The position numbers and the translations under genes were made by a program. A model generated the notes under the pieces. The model made no database searches, was not told the DNA's origin, and saw only the letters and a list, made by a program, of their open reading frames with translations. This document shows, one piece after another, positions 37,911-51,877 of a stretch of 64,000 nt of DNA; position 1 is the stretch's first letter, and each line of letters begins with the position of its first letter. Origin of the DNA: Octopus bimaculoides (taxonomy: Eukaryota); the NCBI RefSeq assembly GCF_001194135.2, contig NC_068984.1, positions 8,328,359 to 8,392,358 on the forward strand. Reading direction: 5' to 3'.

Positions 37911-38939
37911 CGATATTTGGCAGCATTAAGTTCACAGATTTTGTCGTATAAAAACGGCTTTCAAGTAGGTTAACGTTATATTTTATTGGTATAAGAAGCA
38001 TTGTTTAATTGATGTGGGAAGGAAATTTACCGAACGAATTTTTCAATCTCGCCATCATTCTGTAGAGAAATATTTCACCTATTCACCAGTGAATTTAATT
38101 TAATCCATGGCTACATGACTAATAGCATCTACACACAATACAATTTACTTAGAAACTAGAGTGGGTGAAATCCTAAAGATATCCTTCGGCGTTTTCTCCT
38201 AAATAAATAAGAATATGAAATTATTTCCATAATCGAATTATGCCAGTCACATGTTTACTTTGTAGGAAAGAACGAGATATTCGAGACACATTTTATCTTT
38301 CTTTTTTTATGTCAGTGTGTAACTGAAAATTTCATTAATTAATATGTTTATTTACTAGAACCATAGAGCTGTTTGTCTTCCGTTTTATTTTTCCCCATCA
38401 CTCGGAATAATAAAAATTTTCTGCAAACAAAACATAACAACATGATATAAAAATACCCCAGTTTGGAGAAACGCATGCTGCTTAATGTATTTAGCATATG
38501 AAGAAAAGGTTTTAAATCTTTCATCGCCACATAACTTTAAGAATATCATATGCCGGATTGCTCGGTTTACAATGTTTTAGTACATCAAAATATACCGTAG
38601 GGTTTGTACAGAAAAATACATATTGTGGTCAACAGTAATATATTTCTAGTTATTAGGCTGAGTATCAGTTACATGCAGATTGTCTCTCACCGAAAAATAA
38701 CAGCGATATATAGAAAGCTGTTGAATATTTTACAATCCCATTTTGTATGCTTATGGCGAAATATATCCACAGGTGCAAGATTGGCTATGTGGTTAACAGG
38801 CTTATTTGCAAGCCTATCGCTTCAGTTTCAGTCCCATTCCGTGGTAACCTGAAAAAATTATTTTTCTGAGAGAATTTGGTATTTCGGAAATGGTGCGTAA
38901 GGCCTGTATATAAGGCTTCTGCTTTTAAATCTTTTCTAC

Positions 38940-39146
38940 TCTAGGCACAAGGACTGAAATTTTGGGGGAGGGGGGCAGTCGATTAGCTTGGACTCCAGTA
39001 CGCAAATGGTACTTAATTTATCGTGCCCGAAAGGATGAAAGGCAACGCCGACCTCGGTGGAAATTGAACTCAGAATGTAAAAACAGACGAAATACCGCTA
39101 AGCATTTCGCCCGGCGTGCTAACGTTTCTGCCAGCTCGTCGCCTTT
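38940..39146 (-). mobile_element. SINE family B, well preserved
   Basis: GGCACAAGG..GGTACTTAATTTATCG..AACTCAGAATGTAA..GCTAACGTTTCTGCCAGCTCGTCGCCTT. Confidence 0.85.
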
Positions 39147-39649
39147 TCTTCTGTTTTTAATTATTTAAATTCTTCCTCTACGAAAGGAGCTGGTTTTCCA
39201 CCAAAGATGCAAATTCCGTGAATGGAATATATATAACGAAACCAATATATCATTTTAAAGTCTTGTATATTTTTATTGTTCCACTTACAGAATATAATGT
39301 AACGTGCGAGCTAGTTGGTTGATTTCTTTTCCTAAAGATCGAAGTATATCCAAAGTGTCACTCAAGCACTTGCTCACAAAATAAAGTACATCTATCATTT
39401 TTAGTATAAACATATGCATGTGTGTTATGTATGCATGCATACACCCACATGTATCATACATATGTGTATGTATGTGTGCGGGTGTATGTGTGTGTCTATG
39501 TATTATTTATGAGTGCACTTGTAACATTAATTAATTAATTAATCAATTTATTTATTTGCCAGTGTTCACTTATCAGCTCACGTATGCTACGTTATATGCG
39601 CGTAAGTGAGCATGTTTGTGTATGTATACATGCATATATACATATATAT

Positions 39650-39754
<105 letters not shown>

Positions 39755-39964
39755 CATACATACATACACATGCGTGTGTGCATGTGTTATTCATGTGTGT
39801 ACTCTGTGCGTACATATGGGGTTATATATTACAATGTGTGTATGTGGGCATGGGTTATTTGCAGTTCGTCAAAGCAGAATTATAGAATATATTCTATGGT
39901 TCCCCCAGGCTATCAACAAATAATAGGTACTGCGTTAGATTTGTTCGACCAAAACTTTGAAGTG

Positions 39965-40468
39965 TGGAGGTGCAAAATCCCAGTCGTTGGGGCAATGGAC
40001 TCGCGGTCGGAGGATGTCTCTTCCGATTTCAAGACCGGGCGTTGTGTGTGCTTATTGAGCGAAAAAAACCCAAAGCTCCTCGTGGCTCCGGCCGGGTGGG
40101 CGGGTGTTCGAGTTCAAATTCCGTTGAGGTCGACTTTGCCTTTCATCCTTTCGGGGTCGATAAATTAAGTACCAGTAACGCACTGGAGTCAATGTAATAT
40201 ACTTAATCCCTTTGTCTGTCCTTGTTTGTCCCCTATGTGTTTAGCCCCTTGTGAGCAATAAAGAAATAAGAAACGTTAGCACGCCGGGCGAAATGGTTAG
40301 CGGTATTTCGTCTGACTTTACGTTCTGAGTTCAAATTCCGTCAAGGTCGACTTTGCCTTTCATCCGTTCGGAGTCGATAAATTAAGTACCAGTTGCGTAG
40401 TGGGGTCGATCTTATCGATTGCTCCCCTCCCTCAAAATCCCGGGCCTTATGCTTTGAGTAGAAAAGAC
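39965..40468 (+). mobile_element. Truncated SINE D head (39965-40104) followed by a SINE B dimer (40105-40468)
   Basis: Family D head and body, then two B units joined at CAATAAAGAAATAA|GAAACGTTAGC. Confidence 0.8.
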
Positions 40469-41259
40469 TATGGGCGCCGTCCAATTACTGAAAAGAATCA
40501 AAGATCAGAAAGTCATAAAACTATAGTTGAATTATTCCTATATTCTTAAGGTTATTTAAAAGAAACAGCACACTTGATATAGAATAACTGAATAAAGAGT
40601 GGCATGAACTCGATCGGATGGACACCAAAATATTACTGGTACTAATGTGTTTTCTGTAAAGATTAACCTGATGCTCTGTATTAGACTATATGAATATAAC
40701 ACAGCGTTTAAGGTCTATTGTCTCTTGTTCCCCATGTCACAGTATTTGAGTTCGGGATTATGGTAAGTTTGTTCCTCTTGTATAAAGTTTCCAGACATTA
40801 TTTCATTTTCAGCTGCTGATCTTTGAATATATTTATATATTTTTATCCTACTTTAATCCTTTTTGCGGTAATTATGAGAATGAAGTTGATTGCACATTAC
40901 ACTTAAAGTTATTTCACACCACGTACACCACAAATGTCTGTGCAAGACAAAGAGACATTAAACATAGCTAGTTCTGCCATTTTGTTTCTTAACTAAGAGA
41001 TTTACATAGCTCCTTATTACTGTAATTTAATATAGTTATAAGCTGAATACAACTTTGTTTCTTTGAATCAGCCTTTAATATGGCCGACCTCTCTGATTCC
41101 TTGATTTTATCTAATTATATGTTCGACTAAAAATACACGCGAATAACGCCATTATTTTACCACTTGACTGTTTCTTAGGAAGAATAACAAAAAGAAATAC
41201 AAATTTAGTAACATTAAGAAATCGAAATATGGTCACCAGTATATCTTTTGTTTTTCTAT

Positions 41260-41464
41260 GTCTCAGGCATTGGAGTGCGGCCATGCTGGGGCACAGCCTG
41301 GAACTGGAAGGTTCTCGTCGAACAAATCGTGCCCCCACTGTACTTAAATAATGTTAATGTATGGCACTTGTACTATCGAACTTTTATTCGCGAACTGCTA
41401 AGTTATGATTACGTAAATAAACCGACTTTGGGTTGTCAGGCAGTATTGGGGAACGAAGACAAAC

Positions 41465-41512
<48 letters not shown>

Positions 41513-41940
41513 ATAAACACACAGAGGTACATACACTCAGATACACACACTCACACACGCATACACTGTAGCCATGCTGGAGCATCGTCTTTAGTCGAAC
41601 AAATCGATCCTCGGACTTATTCTTTTGTAAGCGTTGTAATGTTACTATCGGTCTCTTTTTACCGAACCGCTGGCTGACAGGGACGTAAACAAACAAACAT
41701 CGGTTGTCAAGCAATGGTGGGGCGCAAGCGCAAGCACAAATAACAAATACATACATAAACACACACACATATATATACCACGGGCGTCCACACAGTTCCC
41801 CCTGTATCAGTTTCTCTTACAACCGATAAACCACCCTGAGGCTTTTGCCAAAAGACACTTCCCCAAGGAAGTGGAAGTGAACTAGAAATTATGTTGTTGT
41901 AAAACGAGCTTCGTACCCATAAAGCGTCGCTTGCTCCACA
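41260..41940 (-). mobile_element. Two adjacent SINE A copies (3' half at 41260-41465; degenerate full copy at 41568-41940)
   Basis: Two GCCATGCTGG..GTCGAACAAATCG..GGTTGTCA blocks; head remnant AAAAGACACTTCCCCAAGG. Confidence 0.7.
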
Positions 41941-42279
41941 GTTGGTAATAATTTAATATGACAGCATAGAAAGGCCATTGATTCGCAGAACCACAAGTGT
42001 CTATAAATATACCGAATGGTGTTTAATTTCATCTCTCTTTCTGTAGGTTTTAATTTAAAATACAATTGAGGTAGACTTTAGGGTCCGTCGTTCTCGGATC
42101 GATAAAACGTTGTACCTGTTTAATACTGAGGTCGATAAACTCGTTTAGATGCCGCATCCTAAAACATTGACTCCGTGTCTGTGTTAAAAAAATCAATATC
42201 AAATTGTACCAGGCATGCTAATGATGTTCAACTGTGCGAATAATGACGGACATTGAGAGTTTTACTTGGAAAGGGATAT

Positions 42280-42310
<31 letters not shown>

Positions 42311-42609
42311 TTGTGCGTGTGTGTCCGTGTGTGTGTGTATGTGTTCCTGTATGTGTGTGTCGGTTTGTCTGTGTATTTGTGTGCACATTGCTAGTGAATA
42401 TTCTAGGGATAATCACAGAGCAGGCGTGTCGATCATTTGTATGATATCTAAGAGAAACGAACACGATCGATCATTTGGAATGTGGTAAAAGAAACGTGTT
42501 AAGGAATGTAAGAGATTGTAAAATGTAAAAATGTAAATCCATTGCAACCTACTTCATTTGTTACACCAACATCAGTATAGCGTAGCCAATAAATCAACTA
42601 CACGAACGC

Positions 42610-42662
<53 letters not shown>

Positions 42663-43387
42663 GGTGGAGAGAAAACGAGATCACTCGTAGCAGATATCAA
42701 GGTGAAACTCCATTTTGTCTTCTCTTTATTGCGTTATGGTTGTATTATTCCTGAAGTGCTCTGAATGAAATCAAAGTGCATCGCTGTTGCAAGAAGTCAT
42801 CACTACCAGTGACAATCACGTGTTCTTTCCAACTAATGTTAGCGTCCTTACACAGGAAGTGATTATACGGAGGTGGTTGTTTTTTTTTCTGTCTTTAGGT
42901 GTCGTTATGTAATGAATGGTGCAGAGGGCTTTTTAATGAGAAGTTGGATAACTTTCTGCAGCATCTATAATTCATGCGTGAGAGATATTATTACTAAACT
43001 AACTGTTCTAGTTCATTTAGGAACAATAATCAGAAAAAACAAACGATGTTATCAAATGAGCATTGTGATTGAACTTATCAGCCCAAAGCGATGCTACCAT
43101 GGCACGTAAACTTTACATGCTAATGCGCCAAAAGTTTCCGAAGCTATGGTAACGTTTTTCTACATTCTTCTAAACGTATTTACCAATAAACGACACTCGC
43201 CACGTCCATTCGGATCATTAAGACAGTACAAGAGCTTATTTCGTTCTTTACAAACATTGAGTTTTAAATAGAAATCGTATCAGCGATAACACTCTGCTAT
43301 TTTCAGCGATCCACCTTCATAAATACACATGTATTCGTCGTGCATGTACATACAGATACTATCTATGTGTGTTTGTCTGTGTAAGCA

Positions 43388-43465
<78 letters not shown>

Positions 43466-43729
43466 CACACATAGTGGTTTGGATTTTGGCTATTCGTTCT
43501 AGCGTGCCAAGTATCCTATGATGGATACCTCTTATGTATTTAAATGTACACTGTATTTATATGAATTATATATAGTCTATTGGCTAATTTTTCAACACGC
43601 TAGGTCACTGGTAGTAAACATTTCTAAAATTTTTATTATCCTGATATTATTAATTATATACATATATAAAAACACACACGCACGCACACACACACTCGCA
43701 GACACCCCCCACACACACATATATATTTA

Positions 43730-44016
43730 CGAGGGTGAGTCAAAAAGTAATGCCATTTTGTTTAGAACAGGTATAATTACCAACACAGGAACATGTATCA
43801 TACATCAAAATGAAGCTGGTCCTCTGTGGATCACATCCCTACTTCTCAACATAGTCACCGTTTCTCTCAATAGCAATGTTCCACTTTTGAATGAGAGCAT
43901 GTATCCCTGCCCTGTAAAATTCTGTTGACTGTTCTTTGAGTCACTTCTTCACTACAATTTTCACTTCTCCGTCATTGGAATAATTTAGCTTCGGCCCCAT
44001 GAAACAGGGTTTGAGG
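43730..44016. mobile_element. Fold-back mariner derivative, half copy (copy 2)
   Basis: TA|CGAGGGTGAGTCAAAAAGTAATGCC arm, then the same central junction GGAATAATTTAGC..TTCGGCCCCATGAAA as copy 1; truncated after the loop. Confidence 0.85.
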
Positions 44017-46251
44017 AGCATTCTCTCTTTCGTACGCTTGCATGTGTTCACTTTTGCAATGGGTTAAATGCATGCGTGTGTAATCAGTGGATAACAATTG
44101 AAGCTTTCTACTGAAATGACTTTAAAAATCTCAGTCATGAACACCTGACTTTTTTTTTTTTTGCATAAGTTTTGAGGCATTTCTTTCCCAGAATTCAGCA
44201 ACTTTAAATAAATATTTCTATTATTTTCATTTGTGTGAGGGAATTATCTGGCAAGTGATTTGATATGAGTACTTGAGTTGATGCTAAAGCAATTACATCG
44301 TGGGAGTTTCGTATTAGCTATTCTAAAACAAACAGACGTTGTTGACTATGCTTAAACAATATTTGGTATCATAATTTTCGTCGCACCGATTGCAACTTGG
44401 TCACTACCACAATATTTTCTGCAAAACTGAAACTGTGTCAGAGACTAGGTCGCGATTAGTTCGACGCAGATTGTGATATCAAAGGATAAATGTTGTAGCG
44501 AAGTTATCAAGTATACCATAGAGTTCTAGAATTACAGATGTTAACATTCACCAATTATTACATGTATTGATTATTTGTATGGACACAGTTAGAATATATT
44601 AAATCCTAATACTGCAATTTCTTGCTTTGAATTGAATGGACATTTAAATGTGCGAAATTTGTTGGTTATAATAAAGTGTTCCCTTAGAGTGTTTAACATT
44701 CCTTCATTTAAATGAGGTTCATTTAAGACAATAAAATGAACGTGGATTGCCCACGATCTGTCTCGGTGTTGTCTGTTAGATTTGTCAGAGAATAAAAATA
44801 ACAGTCCCAACCAAAGACTGATTTTGAGCATCCCTCACTACTGTTTGGACAGAAGAAAACTATTCTCAAACCGGAACCACACCCGTATGCTTGCAAAACA
44901 ACGTTCACCACTTGAGGAAAGATACCATCTGTGTGTGTGATGTTAAACAAGGAGACGAATAGAGCTCATAACCGAAAAACAGAAATGGTCATTCCAACTG
45001 TTCTTCATAGGCTTTTCGACAGTGGCATATGAAAAAGAATATTTGTTTGACTGTAGAGTAGTTTGGAAACCCATACCATATACGTGCGAGGCGAACTTAA
45101 ACTGGAAGCAATTGCTACCACCACCTTAAAGTTATATACATCAGATATTCTCTCAAAACAATTATCCAATAGATATAACTCTATAAAAAATAAACGCGTC
45201 TTAGTTATATATGTTGGAGCGGTGAATAAGAAGAATCTATCTAGTCTTGCCGTATTTACTTTCGTCTCGTTTTGTCTGGGGTACAGATGTACTAAAACCG
45301 ACTTTAATTTTCATCTTTGTAAGTCGATGAAATAAATGCTTCTAAGATACTGGGGTCATGACTTTATAAATGTAATCAACAGTTCTCTATTCCATTTATG
45401 TAGTCTTTTTACCGAAGAAATTCTTAATAATCAATATTAAGACGTACAACCGTGTTCCTAGAAATCAAGTTGACAGCAAGATGTGAAGTTATATTAAATA
45501 TTGAGCGTTGATAATTATGTATAAATTGATATTTGCAAGTTAAACTGATATTCCCACAGCAACTGAAATTAATTTAAAGGCACCATTTTTATGAGACTAA
45601 GATTCACCTGACACGCGAGAAACGCGTAAAAAACGATGCAGTTATATATATTAATACAGTTCTCTTCACATTTAGATTTATAGATACACAATATATGTAC
45701 ACATACGTATGTATATACATACACGCACACACATACATACATACATGCATGCATACATACATATGATATATGATATATAATATATATGAATATATATATA
45801 TATACATGTGTATTTATGTATATGAATATATATATGTGCATATATATGTATATTCATACATATATCCCCCATCCTTCTCTAATACCCATTTTCTCCCCTT
45901 CACTATCTGTCTCTTTCTCTCCCCTCTTACTCTTTCTCTCTCTCTCGTTACTCACATATAACCATCGTCCATCTTTCTTTTCTTCACATCACCATCTTTA
46001 TTTTCCTGCACGACGTTCTAAGGACTGGACATCTTCTATCTCTCTTCTATCTTTTCTCTTTTCAAAGAAAATATTTCTCCCAGCGTTCATTATTTACCTC
46101 TCGTTCTGGTCTAACAACCCCTATGTTTGTTTTCGCTAGGTTTGATTGCGTGTCTCCACTGTCCTGCTTTTGTTCCCAACTTTGACCCTTCATAAATCCA
46201 AAATTTTATTTTGGAATTTATAGGAGCAACTTTCGTCGAAGACTCATATTG

Positions 46252-46319
<68 letters not shown>

Positions 46320-46625
46320 NNNNNNNNNNNNNNNNNNNNNNNNNNNNNNNNNNNNNNNNNNNNNNNNNNNNNNNNNNNNNNNNNNNNNNNNNNNNNNNNN
46401 NNNNNNNNNNNNNNNNNNNNNNNNNNNNNNNNNNNNNNNNNNNNNNNNNNNNNNNNNNNNNNNNNNNNNNNNNNNNNNNNNNNNNNNNNNNNNNNNNNNN
46501 NNNNNNNNNNNNNNNNNNNNNNNNNNNNNNNNNNNNNNNNNNNNNNNNNNNNNNNNNNNNNNNNNNNNNNNNNNNNNNNNNNNNNNNNNNNNNNNNNNNN
46601 NNNNNNNNNNNNNNNNNNNNNNNNN

Positions 46626-46674
<49 letters not shown>

Positions 46675-46689
46675 CGTGTGCGTGCGTGT

Positions 46690-46845
46690 GCGTGTGTGTA
46701 TCAGTGTGTTTGTTCGGCAAAAGAGGCCGATAGAATAAGTACTATGCTTAGAAAAAATAAGTCCTAGGGTTGATCTGTTTGACCAAAGGTGATGCTCCAG
46801 TAAGGCCGCAGTGAAATGACTGAAACAAATAAAAAGATATAGATA
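46690..46845 (+). mobile_element. SINE family A, 3' half
   Basis: GTTCGGCAAAAGAGGCCGATAGAATAAGTACT...GGCCGCAGTGAAATGACTGAAAC following (GT)n. Confidence 0.75.
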
Positions 46846-46876
46846 AATAAATAAATATATATATATATAAATATAT

Positions 46877-46923
<47 letters not shown>

Positions 46924-46992
46924 GAGAGATGGAGAGATGCGCATAAGTATATGTAGAAGTATCATTCTAAATATCCAATTCTCTCTCTGTAT

Positions 46993-47112
46993 ATATACAT
47001 AGACATTATATATACATAGACATTATATATACATAGACATTATATATACATATACATTATATATACATAGACATTATATATACATAGACATTATATATAC
47101 ATAGACATTATG
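46993..47112. repeat. 18-bp tandem repeat (ATACATAGACATTATAT-like), about 6 copies
   Basis: Direct reading. Confidence 0.85.
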
Positions 47113-47711
47113 CAGCAGTTGTTTGGAGAATGCCAATAGTGAATAGCGATAGTTAGTGTGAAAAGATTTGGCCATACAATATTTCTCCAGTTGAAGTAAG
47201 ACTATTTACATAGCGAACGGAGATGATTCGATTAACGACTCAAGCTGACTACCATACGTTTTCTACAAGATAAGAACATTCGTAAGCAAATAAAAGCAAA
47301 TAAATGTTATTCTAAGCGGAATAACCTTTTGCTACTGGTGATTTACGATTATCCAGGTGACAGTAAGCCACGTGTATTATATTTATTCATGACAAATTTG
47401 CGATTAAATGGTGTCCATATTATATTGACAACTTTATACATGTATAGTTCACGGTGTAAAATGATATTTCCAATGGATTCTTCTATGTGTTGCCAGCCTC
47501 CTCAGATTTCTCTTAGTTTATTTTTTGCCTCTATGTCTACATAATATTCAGTTCCTACATTTGCTGACAATTTTTGCAAGAAACCATAAACTACAGAAAG
47601 TAACGCGATACATAATCACTAACGTTATTTAAATTGAAATATTCGAAGCAGAGAAACCTTGCCTCTAAATCATATTCTAGTAGAACACAGCACCACAACC
47701 ATTATCATCAT

Positions 47712-47714
47712 CTA

Positions 47715-47813
<99 letters not shown>

Positions 47814-47850
47814 GATGATGATGATGATGATGATCACTATTATTATTATT
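47712..47850. repeat. (ATT)n/(ATG)n microsatellite
   Basis: Explains the poly-Y/I/D ORFs. Confidence 0.95.
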
Positions 47851-47851
47851 T

Positions 47852-48058
47852 AAGGCGGCAAGTTGGCATAAGCGGTAGCACGCCGGGCGAAGTGTTTGCA
47901 GTATTTCGTCTGTCTTTACGTTTTGAGTTCAAATTCCACCAAGGTCGACTTTGCCTTTCATCCCTTCGCGGTCGATAAATTAAGTACCATTTGTATACTG
48001 GGGTCGATTTAATCGACTGGCCCCCTTCCCTCAAAATTTCAGACCTGGAGTACAAAAG

Positions 48059-48089
<31 letters not shown>

Positions 48090-48850
48090 GTATTATTTAA
48101 GGTGGCGAGCTGGCAGAATCGTTAGTATGCCGGGCGAAATGCTTAGCGTTAATTCGTCCAGCTTTACGATCTGAGTTCAAATTCCGCCAAGTCGACTGTG
48201 CTTTTCATTCTTTCGGATTCGATAAAATAAGTACCAATCGACTCAGCCCCCTTCCCCAAAATTGTTTCCCTTATGGCAAAATCTGAAACCATAATTATTA
48301 TCATTCTTTTCATTCAGTAGTCTTATTTTAATTTCACGCCGTTGAGCGCAGCTCTGTCTTTGGCACGTACTTTTGTTTGTTTTGCTGTTCTTATTTCTTA
48401 TCTAGAGAAAATGCTCTACTTATGTTGTGTGGCGTGAATAATATAGCTATCCTGTGCAGTCAATACATATTCGTTAGGGCTGCGAACCTGCAGAAATGTT
48501 AGCACGCCGGGCGATATGCTTAGCGGTATTTCATCTGTCTTTATGTTCTGAGTTCAAATTCTGCCGAGGTCGATTTTGCCTTTCATCCTTCCGGGGTCGA
48601 TAAATTAAGTACCAGTTACGCACTGGGATCGATGCATTCGACTTAATCCCTGTGTCTGTCCTAGTTTGTCCCCTCTATGTTTAGCCCCCTGTAGGCAATA
48701 AAGAAATAAGAAACGTTGGCATGCCGGGCGAAATGCTTAACAGTATTTTGTCTGTCTTTACCGTCTGAGTTCAAATTCCGCCGAGATCGATTTTGCCTTT
48801 CATCCTTTCGAGGTCGATAAATTAGGGCCTTTTGCCTAAAGTAGAAAAGA
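47852..48850 (+). mobile_element. Same-strand SINE B cluster: 47852-48058, 48099-48290 and a dimer at 48476-48850
   Basis: Each starts with an AAGGCGGCGAGCTGGCAGAA-like head; the first two sit in (ATT)n. Confidence 0.85.
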
Positions 48851-48949
48851 ATTTATATTCGTAAGTTGCGGGCTTTGGTTATGCATTTTACTGTGTGTTG
48901 TTTAACCGATATTTTGTAATTTTTTTTATATTGTCTTTATTACTATTAT

Positions 48950-49130
48950 TTAAATATTCTAAAATTCTTTGTATTTCACTCCTATAATGTAATTCCGGTG
49001 GGTGTAGTCTTGGATTACAAGTCACCACCTGCGACTTAAGCCTTCCAGGATCTTTCGAATGACCTTCGCTTTTCCTAACATGTACTCTACGTGCTTCTGC
49101 AAGCCAATAACTACTGTCCAGTCCGTGAGC
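48950..49130 (-). pseudogene. Short 3' remnant of an RLE-type LINE
   Basis: LQKHVEYMLGKAKVIRKILE resembles the terminal LQK..LLGTA.ILRKVL helix. Confidence 0.4.
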
Positions 49131-49315
49131 CTCTTCGACGCCATAATCCAAGTCAAAGAAGAGATAGAAAGTGAAGGATAGCCAAATGGGGACAAACTGG
49201 AGACTTTGAAATTACTGAACAAAGCTTTACTGACCAGAATCGACAGCTTAGAACAAATGGATGGCTTTCAGAGTTAGGTGACATAAGTAGAGACATTAGT
49301 ACTATCAATATTATT

Positions 49316-49880
49316 GTTGTTGTTATGAATATTAAGGCAGATCATTGTTGAGGTGACGACCTGGCAGAGCCGTTAGCATGCCTGGTGGTATTTCCTCTGT
49401 CTTTACGTTCTGAGTTCAAATTCTGCCGAGTACGACTTTGCCTTTCATCCTTTTGGGCCGATGAAATAAGTACTAGTCAAGTAATGGAGTCGATGTAATC
49501 GACTAGTCCCCTCCCACCAAATTCAGGCTTTGTGCCTATACTAGAAATGAGTATCATTATTGCTGATATTTCATTATTACTTTTGTTGTTAGTGTTGTTG
49601 CTATGAATATTACGACAAATTATTGTTAAGGCTGCGAGCTGGCAGAATCATTCTCGCCTTAGGCATAATGCTGAGAGGCATTTCGTTTGTCTTTACGTTC
49701 TGGGTTCAAATTCCACCAAGGTCGATTTTGCCTTTCATCCTTTCGGGAGTCGATAAAAGAAGTGCCAGTTGAGTACTGTGCTCGATGTGATCGACTATTC
49801 TCCTCCTCAAACACTTCAAGCCTTATGCCTATAATAGAAAGGATAAATATTATTACTAGTAGTATTTGTTGTTGTATGAC
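49316..49880 (+). repeat. Old tandem duplication (period about 278 bp), each unit containing a SINE B
   Basis: The upstream flank GTTGTTG.TATGAATATTA.G.CA.AT.ATTGTT.AGG precedes both SINE copies (49350 and 49628). Confidence 0.65.
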
Positions 49881-50278
49881 ATCAGTAGTAGTTACAGTAC
49901 TAATATTTCAGCCAGCAATTTCAGTGTTGCTGACAGAACAGCATATAAACTATGATTAGGTGAACATCAGCTCAGCTATCCTGGTGTTTATATCGAGTTA
50001 CCACAAACTCTGTTAATATTCATTTAAGACAATATTATAGAAGATTATAGGATTATGACGTGAAAATATATTGTCTGTATTATTTTATGTGTGTATCATA
50101 TAGCAGGAAATACATACGAAATTCTGATCCGTTTTTCCTCATGGGAAATGTCAGTTTCCAGTTACTTCATGTCTCTGACAAGGTTTTCATTGATTGCAAA
50201 GAAAAATCCGTATTATTTGGACTGGAATGGATCTGTATAGTATACCGTATAACTAATACATTCATACATACATATACA

Positions 50279-50341
<63 letters not shown>

Positions 50342-50455
50342 GTATATTTGTATTTATACNNNNNNNNNNNNNNNNNNNNNNNNNNNNNNNNNNNNNNNNN
50401 NNNNNNNNNNNNNNNNNNNNNNNNNNNNNNNNNNNNNNNNNNNNNNNNNNNNNNN

Positions 50456-50504
<49 letters not shown>

Positions 50505-51084
50505 TATGCGTACTGAGAACTTTACTAAATTCAGAGGTCAAAATGAAAACGAAGTCATACAGTTGAAACTTAAAAGAAGCATAAAATGTGATACGTTGTA
50601 AAATTCTTGAAAGAAGCGGTGAAGTAGACTCGATATTTCTCGTTTGCAAGAGAAAGTTCTACGTTTACGACCTTTACTCCCTCGGCTAAGGCAACTGTTG
50701 ACAAGACGAAGAAATTTTAAAGAATTATCTATCAATGATTAGCTTCAATACTTGTAATGCTAATAGCGATCGACAAGCGGAATAGTCAACGTCAAAACCA
50801 ATGAACTTTGTAAACTTATTCGACTCTTAAGTTTAACATCAAGACATCGTCTATTTTCTAATGTGGATTCAATGATGTTTTCAACAGATGAATCTAGTGT
50901 GGATTATAACTTCATAAAATTGCTTCTGTTCAATAAATTTACCGACCAAATCTAGTGTTTCATTTCGTTCACCTTTCACATTTTATTTTGTACTTTTTTC
51001 AGTCAATGGAATGCGACCAATTTTAGGGCATTGCCATTTAGAGTTTAGTGGAACAGATCGCCCCTGGTACTAAACATTCAGTTT

Positions 51085-51395
51085 GATACTTATTGTACCT
51101 TATGCCGAACCGACCGCTAATCTACAGAGATGTAAATAAACCAGCACCGGTTTGTCAAGCAGTTGTGGATGTTTTGTTGGAAAATGCATCACAATCACGA
51201 AAGCGCGCGCGCACACAAAGATATATAAGTATACATATAAGGCGAGCTTCTGCACGGTTTCTGTCTACTGTTTCTGTCTCCCACAATGCATTAGTCTACC
51301 CTGGAAATATATAAGCTGTCACTTGCCCAAGGTACGGTAACCGAAACCAGTGGTTGTATAGTAACTTTTTTAACCGCACAGCCATGCATGCGTTT
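51085..51395 (-). mobile_element. SINE family A, degenerate
   Basis: GCCGAACCGACCGC..GGTTTGTCAAGC tail and CACTTGCCCAAGGTAC head remnant. Confidence 0.6.
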
Positions 51396-51590
51396 ACTCA
51401 GTTACTCAGCGAACAAAGTGTCTCGTTTTGTCAATGTTAGAACAATCAGTTTCATTTCATTCGATGAAATCGCACAGATGCGTGGTAATGATGTGAATAT
51501 GGACGTTAAACAATTCACTCGTAAATTCCTAACAAAGTTTAAATTGTGATACATTGAGAAAAATATAGCGAGAATAACATTTTTGTTCCG

Positions 51591-51877
51591 TTCTATATTT
51601 AAGAGATGAGGAATTATGTACATTATTTGCATTTGACGGATATTTGTTCTCATCTTGTGTGTTGTTAACACAAGGTTTCGGTTGATATACCCTCCAGCCT
51701 TCATCAGGTGCTTTGGGGAAATTTCGAACCTGGATTCTCATTCCTAAGGTGTTTTTCGATGTTATAATAATAATAATAATAATTATTATTATTATTATCA
51801 TTATTATTCAGATCATTGCTTGGAATCGAAATCGGAATCTTGGAGTTAGTAGTCCGCGCTCTTACCCACTACGCCAT
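51591..51877 (-). mobile_element. tRNA-headed SINE (family E): head, (AAT)n, hammerhead-bearing tail
   Basis: Minus strand TGGCGTAGTGG (A-box)...GATTTCGATTCC (B-box-like), (AAT)n, then ...GCACCTGATGAAGGCTGGAGGGTATATCAACCGAAACCTTGTGT... Confidence 0.75.
51668..51711 (-). ncRNA. Minimal hammerhead-ribozyme motif in the SINE tail, partly decayed
   Basis: GCAC-CUGAUGA-A-GGCUG(GAGGGUAUAU)CAACC-GAA-ACCU-U-GUGU: canonical core and 4-bp stem I; one mismatch in stem II; stem III is ACCU rather than a palindrome such as ACGU. Confidence 0.6.

Noticed and set aside
45585-45635. GAA-ACGCGT-A-AAAAA and similar half-motifs (also about 15225 and 59139)
   Set aside because: The 5' core is missing or too divergent; simple short palindromes explain them.
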